Source: Octopus sinensis
Lineage: Eukaryota
NCBI RefSeq assembly: GCF_006345805.1
Contig: NC_043011.1
Coordinates: 23,386,464 to 23,450,463, forward strand
Reading direction: 5' to 3'
Length of the DNA: 64,000 nt
Within the stretch, counting starts at the first letter, position 1; each line of letters opens with the position of its first letter. The position numbers were made by a program, and so were the translations under genes. Shown here piece after piece: positions 26,290 through 37,491 of the stretch. Below the pieces are notes generated by a model that did not search any database, was not told the DNA's origin, and worked only from the letters and a program-made list of their open reading frames with translations.

Positions 26290-26455
26290 TACGATGAGCT
26301 TCTTTCAATTTCCGTCTGCCAAATCCACTCACAAGGCTTTGGTCGGCCCGAGGCTATAGTAGAAGACACTTGCCCAAGGTTCCACGCAGTGGGACCCAAT
26401 CCAGAACCATGCGGTTGATAAGCAAGCTACTTACCACACAGCCACACCTGCGCCT
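25885..26455 (-). mobile_element. tRNA-derived SINE with a second element tail (~26120-26228) nested in its internal (TA)n tract
   Basis: Same family as 22694-23121; the nested piece is the reverse complement of the 47995-48113 tail. Confidence 0.8.
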
Positions 26456-26894
26456 GTGGATTTCTATTGAGTTTTGTGGATTTTTTTTTTTTCTTTTTTA
26501 ACGTTAACAAATATTCGGGGCTGAATTATCTTCCGGGATTCTGGCTCTGAAGGCTAAGTCTAGTCTTTGTGACGCATCAGTTAACATTACGACTACGCTG
26601 TCTTCCCAAAAGTCGACAACAGTCTGCTTCTCACCAACAAAGGTTATTAGCAAAAAAGTTGGGCATCGATAGCCATTGTTATTGTCGCCGTTACGACTGT
26701 CTCTGCTGGAGACGTCGGTGGTGGTCATTGGATTGTGATAGATTATGCGGTCACGTTGTCGTCTTTCTCGTTGTTTGTGTTAATTTAATAGTCTTCTCAT
26801 TGATTAACAATAAGTCTAGCTTTCTTACCTAACTCGTTTGGCAACCCTCATACACAGAGACATATACACGCATGCATACATTCGCATGTCTGTG

Positions 26895-27685
26895 TGTGCT
26901 TGTATTTTTGTATGTATGTATGTATGTATGTATGTATGTATGTATGTATGTATGTATTATGTATGTATGTATGTATGAGTGTGTGTGTATGTATGTATGT
27001 ATGTATGTATGAGTGTGTGTATGTATGTATGTATGTATGTATTATGTATGTATTATGTATGTATGTATTATGTATGTATGTATGTATGAGTGTGTGTGTA
27101 TGTATGTATGTATGTGTGTATGTATGTATGTATGAGTGTGTGTATGTATGTATTATGTATGTATGTATGAGTGTGTGTGTATGTTTGTATGTATGTATGA
27201 GTGTGTGTATGTATGTATGTATGTGTGTATGTATGTATGTATGTGTGTGTATGTATGTATGTATGTATGTATGTGTGTATGTATGTATGTGTGTGTGTAT
27301 GTATGTATGTATGTGTGTATGTATGTATGTATGTATGTATGCATTATGTATGTGTGTATGTATATGTGTATGTATGTATGTGTGTGTGTGTATGTATGTA
27401 TGTATGTATGTATGTATGTATTATGTATGTATGTATGTATGTATGTATGTATGTATTATGTATGTATGTATGAGTGTGTGTGTATGTTTGTATGTATGTA
27501 TGAGTGTGTGTATGTATGTATGTATGTGTGTATGTATGTATGTGTGTGTGTGTATGTATGTAAGTATGTGTGTATGTATGTATGTATGTATGTATGCATT
27601 ATGTATGTGTGTATGTATATGTGTATGTATGTATGTGTGTGTGTGTATGTATGTATGTATGTTGTATGTATGTATGTATGTATAT
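26895..27685. repeat. ~800-bp compound (ATGT)n/(GT)n microsatellite
   Basis: Direct reading. Confidence 0.95.
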
Positions 27686-27869
27686 AAAGCTCGCTTTGCA
27701 AACATGTGGTTTCAGGTTCAATCTCACTGCGCGACACATGGCTTCTACTATTGCCTCGGGTCATCACCATTTTTTAAATTTTTTTATCCTCTCTTCCACT
27801 TTTTCTACACTGTCTGAAATGAGAGATTAGAAATTTGGAAGACGGAAACTGTGTGGAAGTCCGCTGTAC

Positions 27870-27913
<44 letters not shown>

Positions 27914-28310
27914 TGTGGTATGTGTGTGTGTGTGTGTGGTCTTTGTGTTTGTGTTTGTGTCCCACCGCTTGATAATCGGTATGCTTACGTCTCCGTAACG
28001 TAGCGGTTGGGCATAAGGTACCGATAAATGAATACCAGATTTGAAGATAAATGTACTGGAGTCGATTTCTTCGACTAAACTTACGAGACACTAGTCCAGT
28101 ACAGTTGCAGTCCAATGACTGAAAAAAGAGACAACACAGGAACACGCGCACGCATACACACACACTTGTATGTCCATGTATATGCGCATGTATAAATATA
28201 TATTTTTTTTTCCAGCTGTTTGTTCTTCCTACTTGTGCAGAGTCACTCAAACTTTTATAAGGAGCGGGTTACACCGGAGTAAACACATAAATGTGAAACA
28301 AGGTGGAAAG

Positions 28311-28694
28311 TGGAGGCGCAATGGCCCAGTGGTTAGGGCAGCGGACTCGCGGTCATAGGATCGCGGTTTCGATTCCCAGACCGGGCGTTGTGAGTGTTTA
28401 TTGAGCGAAAACACCTAAAGCTCCCCGAGGCTCCGGTAGGGGATGGTGGTGATCCCTGCTGTACTCTTTCACCACAACTTTCTCTCACTCTTACTTCCTG
28501 TTTCTGTTGTACCTGTATTTCAAAGGGCCGGCCTTGTCACTCTCTGTGTCACGCTGAATATCCCCGAGAACTACGTTAAGGGTACACGTGTCTATGGAGT
28601 GCTCAGCCACTTACACGTTAATTTCACGAGCAGGCTGTTCCGTTGATTCGGATCAACCGGAACCCTCGTCGTCGTAACCGACGGAGTGCTTCCA
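28311..28694 (+). mobile_element. Full-length tRNA-derived SINE inserted into a pLTR-like arm
   Basis: A/B boxes at the head; 14-bp repeat aaacaaggtggaaa at 28296-28309 and 28746-28759 bracketing the SINE plus ~50 extra bp. Confidence 0.8.
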
Positions 28695-28821
28695 CCACAC
28701 ATGTGCCTACTCACAAGATACTCCCCGTAAAACAATCTACTCAATAAACAAGGTGGAAAAAAGAGTACTCAAATACCAGTGGTAGAGTAATATGCTTTAT
28801 TTAAAGCAGCAGAAAATTCAA

Positions 28822-28869
28822 TAAAACCTGTTACTCTGAGTTTCCCGTTGCCGTTCATCGGACAATTTT
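28822..28869 (-). ncRNA. Hammerhead-like motif (U4C core), left arm of the palindrome
   Basis: Minus strand: aaaattgt-CCGATGA-a-cg-gcaa-cg-g-GAAA-ctcagag-TA-acagg. Confidence 0.45.
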
Positions 28870-28901
28870 TGCTAGAATGCAAGAATGCTAGAATTCTAGC
28901 A

Positions 28902-28949
28902 AAAACTGTCCGATGAACGGCAACGGGAAACTCAGAGTAACAGGTTTTG
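28902..28949 (+). ncRNA. Hammerhead-like motif (U4C core), right arm of the palindrome
   Basis: aaaactgt-CCGATGA-a-cg-gcaa-cg-g-GAAA-ctcagag-TA-acaggtttt; stem I ctgt/acag extended by aaaa/tttt. Confidence 0.5.
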
Positions 28950-29045
28950 TTGAATTTTCTGCTGCTTTAAATAAAGCATATTACTCTACCACTGGTATTT
29001 GAGTACTCTTTTTTCCACCTTGTTTCACATTTATGTGTTTACTTC

Positions 29046-29089
<44 letters not shown>

Positions 29090-29346
29090 CACCTAATGTA
29101 TGTGTGAATATTATAAATATATATATATACATACGCAGACACATAATTTATGTGAGTATTATAAATATATATTTATGGATAGACGCACACACACATACAC
29201 ACATATATATCTTTTATTTGTTATTTACTTAACGATCACTCTGAAAGTGACCGCGCTTTACCAGTAAGCTACCAGGTGTAAACCATTCGTTTTATATACA
29301 TACATATATATATATATATATATACAAAATATATAATTATATAAAT

Positions 29347-29830
29347 ATGAGATTTTACTACCTCATTAAAACACACAAGGATAGCAACATGATCCAGATT
29401 AGACCCATCGTCTCCTGCGTGGAAGGACCTCTATACAAAATATTTTGGCTCCTTTCCCAAATCCTGAAACCCGTACTCTACACCTTTCCTGGACACGTCA
29501 AGAACTCCGACGAGGTCATCAAAACACTGCACCAACTGACCCCAGACCAACTCAGACAAAACAGATATGCCTTTAGTCTTGATGTTGTCTCAATGTACAC
29601 AACAGTACCAGCACACTCGGGCATCAACCTATTCACTGACTGCATGGTAGCGTCCGACATCCACTGCTTCAGACTCACCGCAGCTGATATACATCAACTA
29701 TTGTCCATCATCGTGGACAACACCTACTTCTCTTTCCATGATCACACATACAAGCAAACAACAGGTCTCCTCATGGGATCCAGTCTCTCGGGCCTACTGG
29801 CCATTACCTATATGAATCATCTGAAACGTT
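29347..29830 (+). mobile_element. Penelope-like RT fragment truncated by (TA)n tracts
   Basis: FYYLIKTHK...IRPIVS...SLDVVSMYTTVP...[18 protein letters not shown]. Confidence 0.85.
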
Positions 29831-29876
29831 GAGCACTCAACACTTACCACTCATGCACCTTCTTTACCATATATCC

Positions 29877-29979
<103 letters not shown>

Positions 29980-30025
29980 TATGCATATACATATACATAC
30001 ATACATATATACACATATACATATA

Positions 30026-30075
<50 letters not shown>

Positions 30076-30080
30076 TATAT

Positions 30081-30361
30081 AATAGAAATATTAAAATTAC
30101 TAAGTCTCTCTAAAAGAGAACAGCGGCAGCGTTCCCGGAAAATAATAGTTATCGCCATACTAATATGGCATTCTTATAAAAATAAGAATAAAGCTGTCCG
30201 CTTATTAGCTCCATGAGGCCATCGCCTTAAGTTAGCTATTTGATACACAAACTGTATCCATATAACCTTCGAACAAGGGAGGTCAGTCGCTCCACACTAC
30301 TTGACCGGCAGCTACAGACGCGTTTCGGGGTACTGCCCCTTTTCAATGCAGCGTAGCCAGC
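30081..30361 (-). repeat. Left copy of a non-coding hammerhead-bearing unit (retrozyme/pLTR-like)
   Basis: 30081-30330 matches 35824-36072 except for one 1-bp indel; ends in (TA)n. Confidence 0.9.
30311..30352 (-). ncRNA. Type I hammerhead with compensatory U3-A8 core
   Basis: Minus strand: gctgca-TTGAAAA-gggg-cagta-cccc-GAAA-cgcg-TC-tgtagc; 6-bp stem I, 4-bp stem II, palindrome ACGCGU, GUC site. Confidence 0.8.
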
Positions 30362-30614
30362 CAGTAGGTGTTGCTTCCAAAATCTTTATTATGATTATAA
30401 AAATCTTACAGAGATAGTACATTACAATACAAAACATAATTACAAAAAGTTTACGTTGTTCGTTTGATATTTACATATGTTGATTATTGATTATGATACT
30501 AGACTTTACTTTCTCCTTTTTTTTAAAAAATTAAAAATGATTTTGGCCAGCTAGGTATATCACAGTCAGGATTCTTACCCGACAGCCTAAGAGCCCAGAG
30601 ACTATTTTCTCCCT

Positions 30615-33600
30615 TCATGATGACCAAGCAGGGTTACTCACACCCACCTTTTTTATCACATCCTTCCATCGATTCACATACTTTTTCTGTGTCAGGTTCC
30701 TCTTCTCTAAATCCATCTTGCTCTTTAGATGGTATCTGAAGTATTTTAACATACCATATCCAGAGACAAAGGTTCCTGACACCAAACCTTCCAATCTAGT
30801 TCTCCACACACACTCTTTCAGTACTGCCACCGTACAGTGAAAACAAGCCTCACCTTCCTTTGAGAGTCCAGCTGGCGGTATCATCTTTATTATAGAACCA
30901 GCCGATAGCTGTACTCGTCCCAGATGCGACAACACGTGTTCTACGTAACTTATTAAGCCTGACAGCTCCTGACAATGTACAAAAGCGTGCTGGACGGTTT
31001 CATCGTCCAACCCACATCTTGGACATGTCGGTGGCACTGACATTCCATGCCTATATAACTTATCGCGAACAGGTAGAGCATTCCTATAGCACTGCCAAGT
31101 CAGGGATTTTTGGTAATTGTCCAAATACCCCGGCTTGAAAGTCTTCTTAAACAGGTCGGATAGTTGATCCTCATCGAACCCCAGAGCCCCTCTTAGGACG
31201 TCGTCATTTTTTGCCTCTACCATCCTTCTATAAAATGTCGAGGTGGTATTCCCGCAGCCGGCTTTGCCTATCTTGTGGATCAGCCAGAGTGCCTGTCGGC
31301 ACTCTTTCTGCCATAAAGTCAGGTTCCGTCTTTTAATGAAACCGGGTTTAAATCTCTCCATAGAGTCCGGTTGCGGGAAGAAATTATCTGCCAGCGGACT
31401 CCACACCTTATCACCTTCCAGGTGAAACCAGAGATGTCTCAGTCTCAGCGCATGCCTGCGCATCATTAACCAAGGCATCCCCAGCCCACCCTTTAGTGGT
31501 TCCTGGCAACACACGGAGCGCCTTACAAGTGGCTTTCCTCCCTTCCACAAAAAGCGGAAAAGGAGTCGATCCAACTTGCTTAGCCACAAATCGGGGCAAG
31601 GCACGACAGTCAGGCGATAGGTGATTACAGATGCTATAAACACCTGTACCACCTCCGCCCTCCCTTTCAAGGAAAGATGCCTTCCGGACCACTCCCGAAC
31701 TATGGCTTCTACCTTGGTCACTACCTCGCTCCAATTTTTCTCCGTCTGGGAGTCTGAACCAAACCAAACTCCAAGCAATTTAACAGGACCATCTGTCCAG
31801 TGTCCAACAACACTGGACGATATCGGCTTGTTCCTCCAGGTGCCGAGGCGCAAACCAGTGGACTTGTCCTTGTTAACTTTTGCCCCAGCCACCGCTTCGT
31901 ATCTTCGGAGAGCACCTTCTACACGAGTTAGTTGTACTTCGTTGGACACGATGAAGGTGACGTCATCCGCATACGCAGAAACAGACTTACCGCATCCGAT
32001 TTCATTAGGATTGCATCTCACCATCTCCAACTTCCGCAGCAATGGCTCAAGAGCCAAAACGTACAGGAGAGGGGACAAGGGACATCCTTGACGAACTGAA
32101 CGCTTAATCGAAAACGGTTCCGTTAAGTAACCGTTTATCTGGACTGTGGACTTGATACCGCTGTACATAGCTGATATCCACCCGCGAAAGTCAGGACCTA
32201 GCCCAGCCGCTTCGAGAACCGTCGCCAGGTACTGATGATCTACCCTATCAAATGCTTTACTTTGGTCTAAATGGACCAATGCCCCTCCTTTGCCGGCTAA
32301 TTGCCCAACCCTGTCTATAGTGTAGCGTAGAAGGTGAAGATTATCTTCGATCGACCTGCCTGGGATTGCACATGTCTGTGCCTTTCCGACAAGTTTTTCC
32401 ATGACGACCTTCAACCTTTCTGCTAACACCTTGGCCAAAATCTTTAACTCTACATTAAGTAGAGTTATGGGCCTATAATTACTAATATTATTCCCCTTGC
32501 TCGGGTCTTTCTGGATCAGCGTCACAACTCCCCGGCTCACAGAACTGGGAATCCTCCCATTCTGTTGCCAGTTTGCGTAGACGCTTGCCAGTATGTCCCC
32601 GAACAAGTCCGGCATACAACAATAAAACTCATAGGGCAGACCATCCAGTCCCGGCGACTTTTCCCGGGCGCATTCAGCCAAAACCCCTCTTACCTCCGCG
32701 GGAGTAATCGGTCCTTCACAGCGTTCCGCTCTGCTTGGCGAGAGCCGAGGCCCACGGCTAGGAAGTTCTGTAAGTCCTCCCCTCGCTCGAGTGGATCGCC
32801 CTCCCCAAACAACCGAGCGAAATGCTTTTGAAAGACCTTCTGTATCTCCTCCTGTCCATAGATTTTGCGTCCCTGTTCGTCAGTTAAAGACTTAATAGAG
32901 GACTTTTTGCCCTTCTGACTCTCCACACGACGTGCCCATCCGGCAACATTAATACCTTCTCGTTTCACTGCACGTAGCTTAGCTCTGACTCTACATCCTT
33001 CATGCTTGGCATTGAGGTGACGGTACAAGATCGTTCTCTCTGCTAACACTCTAGATGCACAGCCAGATCCCATTGCCTCGTCTAAGTTCTTAACTAAATC
33101 GCCCTCTATTCTAGTCCTATCTAAACTTAGCTGGTTGCTAAATCTAATGGACTCCAAACGGATGGCTCTTTTGAGGGCGATCCACCATCTATTATTAATG
33201 ATGGTTCCACATAATGTCCTCTGGACTAATTCCATAATCCGGTTACGGAAAGCTTCACAAGCCAAAATAGACTTGTTCATTTTCCAGTATCCGGGTCCCT
33301 GTCTATGGCATTTATCTACATGTACCTCACACGTCACTAATTTGTGATCCGTGTAAGGCACAATACAAAATTGTGGACAGCTAATGCTATTCCTATCTCG
33401 TTCTTTAACAAATACCCTATCTATATACGATCTGCGTGAGCCGTCATTGTTACTCCACGTCCACTGTGGAATGTTCGGCTCATCCATTCGAAACCGATCT
33501 ACTAGATTAAAGCTCGTCAGTAGACCCTTAAGGCAAGGATTCCCCCTTCTATCAGACGAGCCCACACTATCTATCCGCGCATCGATGATAGTGTTGAAAT

Positions 33601-34012
33601 CCCCTACCAATACTACCGTTTTAGACGTCACTAGAAAGTGCTCCAAGTTCCGATAAAAACCAGTCTGCCTACCCTCATTAGGAGCATAAACAGCTACCAA
33701 CCTGAAGGACTGCTTACTCACGTGAGTTACATCGAGGACAACCAGCCTACCTTCTGTGTCCATAAAGACAGTACTTACCTGTAAGTCCAAGTTCTTCCTG
33801 ATAAGGACTGCCACGCCTGCACTCCCTCCTCGGCTAGGAGAAATAAATTTCTCGTAACCATTGAGAAGATGCGAGAACGCTTGGGTTCCTCTCATCTTGG
33901 ACTCGGTGACAATGGCTACATCTATTCTGTGTGTCCTGAGGTCGTCCAGCAAGCAAGCCTGTTTCCATTTCGACCCCATTCCACGCACATTTATACAGCC
34001 CAACTTAATCAT
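30615..34012 (-). pseudogene. LINE ORF2 (AP endonuclease + reverse transcriptase + zf-RVT-like), one frameshift near 32750
   Basis: INVRG, VAVYAP, VGDFN, SYIDR and TDHK (APE); KSPGLDGLP, YRPITLLN, DQSKAFDRV, VRQGCPLSP and AYADD (RT); CPRC...HAFVHC. The alternate frame GPRLSPSRAERCEGPITPAEV joins the two ORFs. Confidence 0.92.
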
Positions 34013-34196
34013 CGATGAATGAAGAAAGTTTGTTACTTACGGTTGTGAGAGGGAGCATGGCAGCTTTTGTCTGCCTGCCTCCCCCACACTCTCCGTTGTT
34101 GCTGGGCATTTAACCGGCGTTGCCACCGGGCTCTGGGATGGAGTGGCTGCCGGGCTAATATTCAATTTTCCAGCTATCACCTCTTGTGTGACATCT

Positions 34197-35577
34197 TTAA
34201 TCAGGTTGTCCCTCACGTGTAGTTGGAATAGTCTCTCCTTCCATTCCTCCTCTCCAACCTTCGCAAACCTCCAATCCGGGTTTTTTTTCCGATGATTTGA
34301 AACATTTTATGTTTGGTTTCGCCTTTATGTACCAAACTACTCTCTCGTTTTTTGTGTTATAAGCAATGCACCTATCGGTTTTTTTGAATCCTTTTAAAGT
34401 TGGGGGCTGGGGTTTAATGAAATGCTGGCCTACAAAAGTAGTGCCAGCGGGGTGGGATTGGATAATTTTTTTGTGTTGTTCTTCTGCGTTTGTTTTTCTT
34501 TTTGTTTGGGGTGGGGAGTCCGGGGTATTGGATTTCTTCCTTTTGTTGGTTACAGTCGTATATTCCATTACTTCCAGTTCTTTTCCATTTGATAAAATAT
34601 TTTCCACCTCGTTTTCGTTTTCGCTTTGTTTTCCATTCATTTTCTTTTCCTCCTTTTGACTTTCATTTTGCTTTTTCCGGGTATTCTCTTTTGTTGTTGC
34701 TGTGATGTCTGCTTTGTTCTCCACAGCGGTTTGAATGGGGGCATTAACGGGTTTTTTCTTTTTGCACTCTGAGCGGACGTGACCCTTCTGCCCACATTTG
34801 AAACATCTGGGCCTACGTCCCTCCACCGATACCCGCGCAGTGTGTCCATCCCCCACGAAGACCCTGTCTGGCAAACTCTCCAGCGTTGCATTGTCAGCTT
34901 GAACGATCATTTCAAGCTGCTGACCTTTCCAAAATTTTGCCTCTTTCATCCTCATGTTTAAAATGTTTAATTTCTCTTCTACGTCGAATACGACCGCTGT
35001 TGCTGCCCACATTACATCGTACCTGTTGGTATATCCTCTATTGTTATCTTAGCTGTTCTGCGCCCTAAGTACGTGGGCAGCAACAGGATGTCTGCACTCT
35101 TCAACGTTTGAGTTGAAATTTCCTTCGCTATGCTAGCCGACTCGAAATGCGCTTCAATAGTAGCGCTTCTCACTCCTCGGCCAACATAGCGAACCTTGTT
35201 CCAAATTGGTGCCATGCACCGTTCTACCAATTCATTTCTTACATCTGCAATCTTTTTTTCCTTATATTATATACCTTATAAATTACCGTCTTCTCACGGA
35301 TTGCTTGTAAGGTGTCAGGGGGCGGTATTATTCTCGTTTCTTCTCCATTCCTTTGTATGAACTTTCTGAACTTGAAGAGATCCTCCATTGTTACTTCCAG
35401 TTCTATAACATTGCCTCCAACGGCTTCCGAAAAACTTTGTTTCTCCTTTGTATCCATTTGATTTCCATTTTTTATAACTTCTCCCATCTCGGGAAAATCA
35501 GAATTTGACGTTAAGTCAAGATCCATATTAAAATGCAAGTGACTTGTCACAAGAGACAAGATAAAAATTAATTCCAC
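34197..35577 (-). pseudogene. LINE ORF1 (gag-like, CCHC zinc knuckle), split by two single-base frameshifts
   Basis: Three consecutive ORF pieces (35239-35577, 35012-35230, 34197-35012); RPRCFKCGQKGHVRSEC; the first shift is in an A7 run near 35255. Confidence 0.85.
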
Positions 35578-35760
35578 ACTGAATTAAAGTTCATATATAA
35601 AAAGAAATTTTCTACCCCGAAGGGCGAAAATTACTTTGTTCCACAAGTTAATACTCCAAAAATTGTACGTTTAAATCCAGAACAGAACGAACTAACATAA
35701 CAGCTTACAGCGTAAAATAATCCGACGTAATCCAAGGAAAAATCAGTAGGTGTCGCTTCC

Positions 35761-36192
35761 GACAATCTCTGTTCGATGGTTTTATTTACCTAGTTTCGGT
35801 GAATACATCCACTTGTTTTCAATAATAGAAATATTAAAATTACTAAGTCTCTCTAAAAGAGAACAGCGCAGCGTTCCCGGAAAATAATAGTTATCGCCAT
35901 ACTAATATGGCATTCTTATAAAAATAAGAATAAAGCTGTCCGCTTATTAGCTCCATGAGGCCATCGCCTTAAGTTAGCTATTTGATACACAAACTGTATC
36001 CATATAACCTTCGAACAAGGGAGGTCAGTCGCTCCACACTACTTGACCGGCAGCTACAGACGCGTTTCGGGGTTATATGGATACAGTTTGTGTATCAAAT
36101 AGCTAACTTAAGGCGATGGCCTCATGAAGCTAATAAGCGGACAGCTTTATTCTTATTTTTATAAGAATGCCATATTAGTATGGCGATAACTA
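35761..36192 (-). repeat. Right copy of the hammerhead-bearing unit with a terminal 122-bp inversion
   Basis: 36071-36192 is the reverse complement of 35888-36009 (1 mismatch), followed by (TA)n; retains only the 3' half of the U3-A8 hammerhead (36053-36072). Confidence 0.9.
35783..35828 (-). ncRNA. Second, degenerate hammerhead-like motif in the unit (also UUGAAAA core)
   Basis: Minus strand: tatta-TTGAAAA-caa-gtgga-tgta-ttcac-c-GAAA-ctagg-TA-aata; stem I and the base of stem II are imperfect. Confidence 0.4.
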
Positions 36193-36212
36193 TATATATA
36201 TATATATATATA

Positions 36213-37491
36213 TAGGGTGGGAAGCAAAATTTACAATGAACGTTAAGTTGTTTTTTCTCAGCAGGCACGAAGTCAATTGTTTTGAAACCTAGCATATATT
36301 GATGTCATAATCATACCTAACACTATTATCCTTACCTTTTCAGAAACCTTTGCCCATATGAGTAATCAGGAAAGCAAAGGTCAAAGAGCGTGTGATTTGC
36401 TGAATGCACTCGTCACACCAAAGGAGATTTCAAGAATAGGTGGAGTGTCCATAAAGACTATTTATAATGTAAAGAATAGAATGACTATGAGCAAAACTAT
36501 TACGACGTAGTCTGGAAGTGGAGGAATCAGCAAAAAACGTACCAAAGCTTTTATTAAAGCTTTCAAATCCAAAATCCTAAAGGATCCAACCAAATCCATG
36601 AGAAAAATGGCAATTGAACTTGAGGTAGACAACAAGACCATTACAAAATTGCAGTAAAATATGATTTGAGGTTAAAATCTTACACAAGAACGCCAAAACA
36701 CTTGTTGACAACAGCTATGAAGGAAAAGAGTTGGGAAAGGTGCAAGAAAATTATTACATGGTTCAAGGAAAAGTCCTCCATTGTAACGATCTTTTCAGAT
36801 GAAAAGATCTTCACCGTCGATGCTGTTCTGAACCGCAGAAATGACAGATTTATTGCAAAATCGACAGGTGAGGTTACGGAGACATTAAAAAAAAAACCTG
36901 CTCAAGTTATGGCTTTTGGTGTTGTGGCTTCCGATGGAAAGAAAATGCCTATAAAATTCTACAAAGCTGATGAAAAGATCAATGTTAATACTTACTAAAA
37001 GACTCTGAGGTGCCAGGTATTGCCATGGCTTAGAGCAAACTACCCAGATGGTAATTATGTATGGACACAGGATGGTGCTCCAGCCCACACAGCTAGAAAA
37101 ATACAAGATTTCTGTAAGTCCAGCTTTAGCAATATTTTGGAATCATGTTTATGGCCGCTTTCTAGCCCAGATCTAAACCCTCTGGATTATGCTATTTTAG
37201 AACATGCTACCAATAGAACATCACACAGCAATGTCGACTCTCTTAAAGATGCTATTAAAGAAGAATGGGGGAAGTTGTCTCCCGAATATTTGAGGAACAC
37301 TTGTGCAAGTTTCAGGAAGCGTGTGAAGGCAATTATTGAGAAAGAAGCAGAACACATAGAATAAAAACATTTTCTATTATGTAAATTTTCTTGTGGCAAA
37401 TAAATTCTCATGACCTTCAATAAACTAATTGGTCATACACTGTCTTTCAATCCCTGCCTCAAAATATTGTAAATTTTGCTTCCCCACCCTG
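36213..37491 (+). mobile_element. Complete but degenerate maT (DD37D) Tc1/mariner transposon, 1279 bp
   Basis: TIR (C/T)AGGGTGGG(G)AAGCAAAATTTACAAT with TA flanks; FSDEK, TQDGAPAH and SPDLNPLD; 37 residues counted between D2 and D3. Confidence 0.92.

Larger units (their letters stand above)
28746..29025. repeat. Long palindrome: 133-bp arms (2 mismatches) with a 14-bp spacer, PLE inverted-pLTR-like
   Basis: 28746-28878 vs 28893-29025. Confidence 0.95.
30379..35743 (-). mobile_element. Full-length Tx1/L1-type non-LTR retrotransposon (~5.37 kb) with a 17-bp TSD
   Basis: ORF1 with CCHC knuckle; ORF2 with APE, RT and C-terminal zinc motif; AATAAA near the 3' end; flanks cagtaggtgt(t/c)gcttcc at 30362-30378 and 35744-35760. 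Confidence 0.92.

Noticed and set aside
28311-28390. tRNA-like sequences at SINE heads (also 7981, 12616, 20700, 21962, 38992, 47822)
   Set aside because: A/B boxes are present but there is no proper acceptor or anticodon stem, and each continues into a SINE body
30081-36072. LTR retrotransposon reading of the 250-bp direct repeats around the RT
   Set aside because: No TG...CA ends, PBS, protease or integrase; the RT is APE-LINE type and has its own inner 17-bp TSD
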